The notes under the pieces are model-generated. The model did no database searches. It had not been told where the DNA came from and saw nothing but the letters and a program-made list of their open reading frames with translations. Shown in pieces: positions 17,100 through 20,291 of a DNA stretch of 20,291 bases (position 1 is its first letter; each line of letters starts with the position of its first letter). Location of the stretch: positions 13,612 through 33,902 of the forward strand of contig CAXTTL010000022.1 of assembly GCA_964247135.1 (NCBI GenBank). The letters are read 5' to 3'. The translations under genes were made by a program, and so were the position numbers. Source of the DNA: an uncultured Deinococcales bacterium (GTDB lineage: Bacteria > Deinococcota > Deinococci > Deinococcales > JAAFIG01).

Positions 17100-17445
17100 C
17101 TTTTTCACCAAACTTATCGGAGACAAGAAGGGCTGGAAAGCTATGGAAGCACGTGCCAAAGCGCTGCCAAGCGATTACCGAATCGTTTACGGCGAAATCC
17201 AGCACTACATGTTCATGAACACGGGCGGCAACGGTATGGATATTGTCGCCCTGCTCAAAGACCTGCTCGAGCTGTTTGAAACTGGCGCGGCAGACGGCAA
17301 GCACGCACTCGAGGTCACCGGTGAGGATGTGGCTGCGTTCTGCGACGAGCTTCTGCGGAACGCCAAGACCTACACCGAGAACTGGCGCGAGGCGCTGAAC
17401 CGCAACGTGATGAAAAAGCTCCAAAGTGAGGAGGGCAAGAAGTGA
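17092..17445 (+). CDS. DUF1048 family protein
   Basis: AAGGAG RBS. 'KKGWKAMEARAKALPSDY..VY.EIQHYM' and 'LLELFETGAADGK..LEVTGEDVAAFCDELL' match the family; typical PadR-linked context. Confidence 0.88.
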   Translation: MLDFFTKLIGDKKGWKAMEARAKALPSDYRIVYGEIQHYMFMNTGGNGMDIVALLKDLLELFETGAADGKHALEVTGEDVAAFCDELLRNAKTYTENWREALNRNVMKKLQSEEGKK

Positions 17446-17531
17446 CGGATAGGCTGAGCGACACTGCCCTCAACGTCGTGAACGCCGATGTATCAAAGGT
17501 AACGATCATTTAATCTTCAGGAGGAACGAAC

Positions 17532-18293
17532 ATGCAAAACCAGGCAATCCAAGTGAAAGGGCTGCAAAAGTCCTACAAACAGCTTCATATTCTCAAAGGC
17601 GTGAACCTCGAGGTGGAAAAAGGCAGTATTTTCGCCCTGCTCGGCTCCAATGGCTCGGGCAAGACGACGATTATTAAAATCCTCACGACGCTGCTCAAAC
17701 AGGACGGCGGAACCGCCAGCGTCAACGGATTCGACGTTGCCTCAAAGCCCGACAGCGTGCGGCAGTCGATCAGCCTGACCGGACAGTTTGCCGCGGTGGA
17801 CGAGATTTTGACCGGACGGGAAAATTTGATCATGATCGCCAGGCTGCGCCACCTCGAGCATCCGCGTCAGGTGGCGGACGATCTGCTCAAACGCTTCGCT
17901 CTGACCGATGCCGCCGACCGTGGTGTCTCCAGCTATTCGGGCGGGATGCGCCGCAGGCTCGACATCGCCATGAGCCTGGTGGGAAAACCGCAACTCATCT
18001 TCCTCGACGAGCCGACCACCGGACTTGACCCCGAGGGACGCATCGAGGTCTGGAAGACGGTCAAAGAGCTTGCCGAACAGGGCACAACGGTCTTTCTGAC
18101 CACGCAGTATTTGGAGGAAGCCGAGCAGCTCGCAGATCAAATCGCCATTCTGCACGAGGGAAAAATTATCGCTCGCGGCACACTCGAGGAACTGAAAAAA
18201 CTCTTCCCGCCCGCAAAAGTGGAGTATGTGGAAAAGCAACCGAGCTTGGAGGAAATATTTCTCGCAATCGTTGGCAAGAAGGAGGAAAATTAA
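17532..18293 (+). CDS. ABC exporter ATP-binding subunit (DrrA-like)
   Basis: Walker A GSNGSGKT, signature YSGGM, Walker B IFLDEPT. AGGAGG RBS. Confidence 0.96.
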   Translation: MQNQAIQVKGLQKSYKQLHILKGVNLEVEKGSIFALLGSNGSGKTTIIKILTTLLKQDGGTASVNGFDVASKPDSVRQSISLTGQFAAVDEILTGRENLIMIARLRHLEHPRQVADDLLKRFALTDAADRGVSSYSGGMRRRLDIAMSLVGKPQLIFLDEPTTGLDPEGRIEVWKTVKELAEQGTTVFLTTQYLEEAEQLADQIAILHEGKIIARGTLEELKKLFPPAKVEYVEKQPSLEEIFLAIVGKKEEN

Positions 18294-19061
18294 ATGGAAA
18301 CCGTAAAGAATCACTTTTTCAGCGATATGGGTGTGATGCTCGGACGTTCCATGCGCCATATTTCCCGCAGCATGGACACCATCATTACGGTCGTCATAAC
18401 GCCGATTGCGATCATGCTGCTGTTCGTCTATGTCTTCGGCGGTGCAATCAAAACCAACACGGATAACTATGTGAATTACTTGTTGCCTGGCATATTGCTA
18501 ATTACCATCGCAAGCGGTACAGCCTACACGTCTTACCGTCTGTTTATGGATATGCAGCGGGGCATCTTTGAACGGTTCCATTCCATGCCGATTGCGCGTT
18601 CGGCTCCGCTGTGGGGACATGTGCTGACCTCGCTGGTATCCAACGCAATTTCGATTGTTCTCATCATTCTCGTGGCGCTGATTATGGGCTTTCACTCGTC
18701 GGCAGGAGTGACGTCATGGCTTGCCGTGGCTGGTATACTCGCGCTGTTTACGCTCGCCCTGACCTGGCTGGCGGTGATTGCTGGGCTGTCCGCAAAAACG
18801 GTGGACGGCGCAGGTGGCTTTGCCTACCCGCTTATTTTCCTGCCGTTTATCAGCTCAGCGTTCGTCCCCACAGCCACCATGCCAACCCTGGTTCGGGCAT
18901 TCGCAGAAAACCAGCCCGTCACCGCCATCGTCAACTCACTTCGCGCCCTCCTGAGCGGTCAGCCCGTGGGTAGTAGCATCTGGACGGCACTCACCTGGTG
19001 TACAGGAGCAACAATCCTCGCCTATTTCTTCGCCATGAGAGACTACAAACGAGTCCCGTGA
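18294..19061 (+). CDS. ABC-2 type exporter permease (DrrB-like)
   Basis: About 6 TM helices. Motifs 'YVNYLLPGIL', 'GIFERFHSMPIAR', 'SSAFVP' and 'ENQPVT'. Confidence 0.93.
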   Translation: METVKNHFFSDMGVMLGRSMRHISRSMDTIITVVITPIAIMLLFVYVFGGAIKTNTDNYVNYLLPGILLITIASGTAYTSYRLFMDMQRGIFERFHSMPIARSAPLWGHVLTSLVSNAISIVLIILVALIMGFHSSAGVTSWLAVAGILALFTLALTWLAVIAGLSAKTVDGAGGFAYPLIFLPFISSAFVPTATMPTLVRAFAENQPVTAIVNSLRALLSGQPVGSSIWTALTWCTGATILAYFFAMRDYKRVP

Positions 19062-19070
19062 CCAAAGTCG

Positions 19071-19099
19071 AACGCTCGAGGAACCCTCATCGTTTTTTT
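19071..19099 (+). terminator. Imperfect terminator after the ABC operon
   Basis: AACG(CTC)GAGG-AAC-CCTC(AT)CGTT followed by TTTTT. Confidence 0.45.
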
Positions 19100-19118
19100 A
19101 AAATATGATGTGCTACGT

Positions 19119-19142
19119 GGACGAGGCACGCCTCGTCCCTAC
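19119..19142 (-). repeat. Single GTAG-family REP palindrome
   Basis: Minus strand reads GTAG-GGACGAGGC-GT-GCCTCGTCC. Confidence 0.7.
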
Positions 19143-19171
19143 AAGATCAGGGCGTGAAATCTTTTTTGACC

Positions 19172-19200
19172 TTGACCACTCGAGCTTTTCTTTGTACACT
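19172..19200 (+). promoter_or_regulatory. Sigma70 promoter of tRNA-Gln
   Basis: TTGACC-17 nt-TACACT. Confidence 0.7.
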
Positions 19201-19262
19201 CCTTAAGCCTGCCAAGGGCTGATGAAATTTCATCGGCTTGAGACAAACCGTTAAACCCGTGT

Positions 19263-19336
19263 TGGGGAATCGTCTAACGGCAGGACTGCGGTCTTTGGAT
19301 CCGCCAATCAAGGTTCGAATCCTTGTTCCCCAGCCA
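19263..19336 (+). tRNA. tRNA-Gln (anticodon TTG)
   Basis: Acceptor stem TGGGGAA/TTCCCCA with U1-A72, anticodon loop CT-TTG-GA, T arm CAAGG-TTCGAAT-CCTTG, discriminator G and encoded CCA. Confidence 0.96.
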
Positions 19337-19340
19337 GAAC

Positions 19341-19369
19341 AAAAACGCCCGCAAGGGCGTTTTTTGTTG
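19341..19369 (+). terminator. Rho-independent terminator (likely bidirectional)
   Basis: AAAAACGCCC-GCAA-GGGCGTTTTTTGTT. Confidence 0.9.
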
Positions 19370-19414
19370 TTTGGATTGCCCCAAGATTGCCCCTCAAAGT
19401 GCAAGAATAAGCCC

Positions 19415-20291
19415 ATGCAAGTTTTGGTCTTAAATTGTGGCAGCTCGAGTTTAAAATACGCGATCTTCGAGATGGAATCCGAGAAGGTGCTGACCAAAGG
19501 TCTGGTTGAACGCATCGGCTCGAGCGGAGCAAGTTTAAAACGTGGACAGCTCGAGGCTGTAGTCATTGATGCGCCCGACCACACGGCAGCCATCGAGGCG
19601 GTGGCAAGACTCGAGGATTTCAGTCGGGTTCAAGCGGTGGGACACCGTGTGGTGCATGGTGGCGAGGCTTTCATTACACCAGTCCAGATTACGGATACAG
19701 TCATGACAGCGCTCGAGGCGAACGCCCACCTTGCGCCCTTGCACAACCCGCCCAACATCGCTGGCATTTGGGCGGCACAACTGGCGCTGCCTGGACTGCC
19801 CAACGTGGCGGTTTTTGACACGGGTTTTCATGCCACGCTGCCCGCCAAAGCCTTTTTGTACGCGATTCCCAAAGCCTTGTACGAGCAGGACAAAATTCGG
19901 CGTTACGGTTTTCATGGCACAAGCCACCAATACGTTGCCGCCAAAGCTGCCACAATCCTCGAGAAGCCGCTTGAGCGTTTAAAACTGGTATCACTGCATC
20001 TTGGCAACGGCGCGAGCGCCTGCGCGATCCTGCACGGCTCGAGCGTGGACACCAGCATGGGCTTCACGCCGCTCGAGGGACTGGTCATGGGAACGCGCAG
20101 CGGCGACCTGGATGCGGGTGTGGTGCTCGAGTTGGCACAACGCAACGGCGTGGCTGCCACCCTCGAGACACTGAACAAGCAATCTGGAATGCAAGGGCTT
20201 GCGGGCGCGAGCGATTTGCGCGACGTGTCAGCCAAAGCCGAGGCGAGCGATATTTGGGCACAAAATGCCCTGGCGGTTTTTGCCTACCGCG
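19415..20291 (+). CDS. ackA: Acetate kinase (3' end outside the window; absent from the ORF track)
   Basis: Manual translation gives MQVLVLNCGSSSLKY, GHRVVHGG, APLHNP, FDTGFH, RRYGFHGTSH, HLGNGAS and DTSMGFTPLEGLVMGTRSGD. Confidence 0.96.
   Translation, partial: MQVLVLNCGSSSLKYAIFEMESEKVLTKGLVERIGSSGASLKRGQLEAVVIDAPDHTAAIEAVARLEDFSRVQAVGHRVVHGGEAFITPVQITDTVMTALEANAHLAPLHNPPNIAGIWAAQLALPGLPNVAVFDTGFHATLPAKAFLYAIPKALYEQDKIRRYGFHGTSHQYVAAKAATILEKPLERLKLVSLHLGNGASACAILHGSSVDTSMGFTPLEGLVMGTRSGDLDAGVVLELAQRNGVAATLETLNKQSGMQGLAGASDLRDVSAKAEASDIWAQNALAVFAYR

Noticed and set aside
18189-19074. CTCGAG-free gaps (also 4164-4999) as markers of foreign DNA
   Set aside because: At about 1 site per 170 bp over roughly 119 intervals, one or two gaps of 800-900 bp are not far from chance expectation.
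19263-19336. Integrative element attachment site at tRNA-Gln
   Set aside because: I found no duplicated tRNA 3' end and no integrase; a terminator and the housekeeping gene ackA follow directly.

Overview
Bacterial chromosomal window, most consistent with a Deinococcota (Deinococcales-like) organism. This is an inference from the gene families, several leaderless TAnnnT-N5/6-start promoters and a Deinococcus-style intergenic stem-loop repeat. Left part (1-6650): a TPR + wHTH/BTAD (SARP-like) regulator cut by the window edge, followed by two transcription units (double zinc-ribbon protein + NHL/beta-propeller lipoprotein; small ORF + subtilase lipoprotein) that share a 25-bp upstream motif. 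Middle (6777-12678, minus strand): frameshifted membrane GGDEF-EAL gene, a 24-bp repeat array plus terminator ahead of a DUF4258 toxin-like gene, a REPIN-like element, a wHTH-like hypothetical, an AI-2E transporter and a serine hydrolase. Right part: CBM48-like protein, GNAT-hypothetical-argB-ispF, DinB, a PadR-DUF1048-ABC exporter operon, tRNA-Gln(TTG) and partial ackA. The strongest window-wide signal is the palindrome CTCGAG, which I hand-counted about 119 times against about 5 expected, a HIP1-like highly iterated palindrome. All family calls come from motif recognition by eye; no database searches were run.
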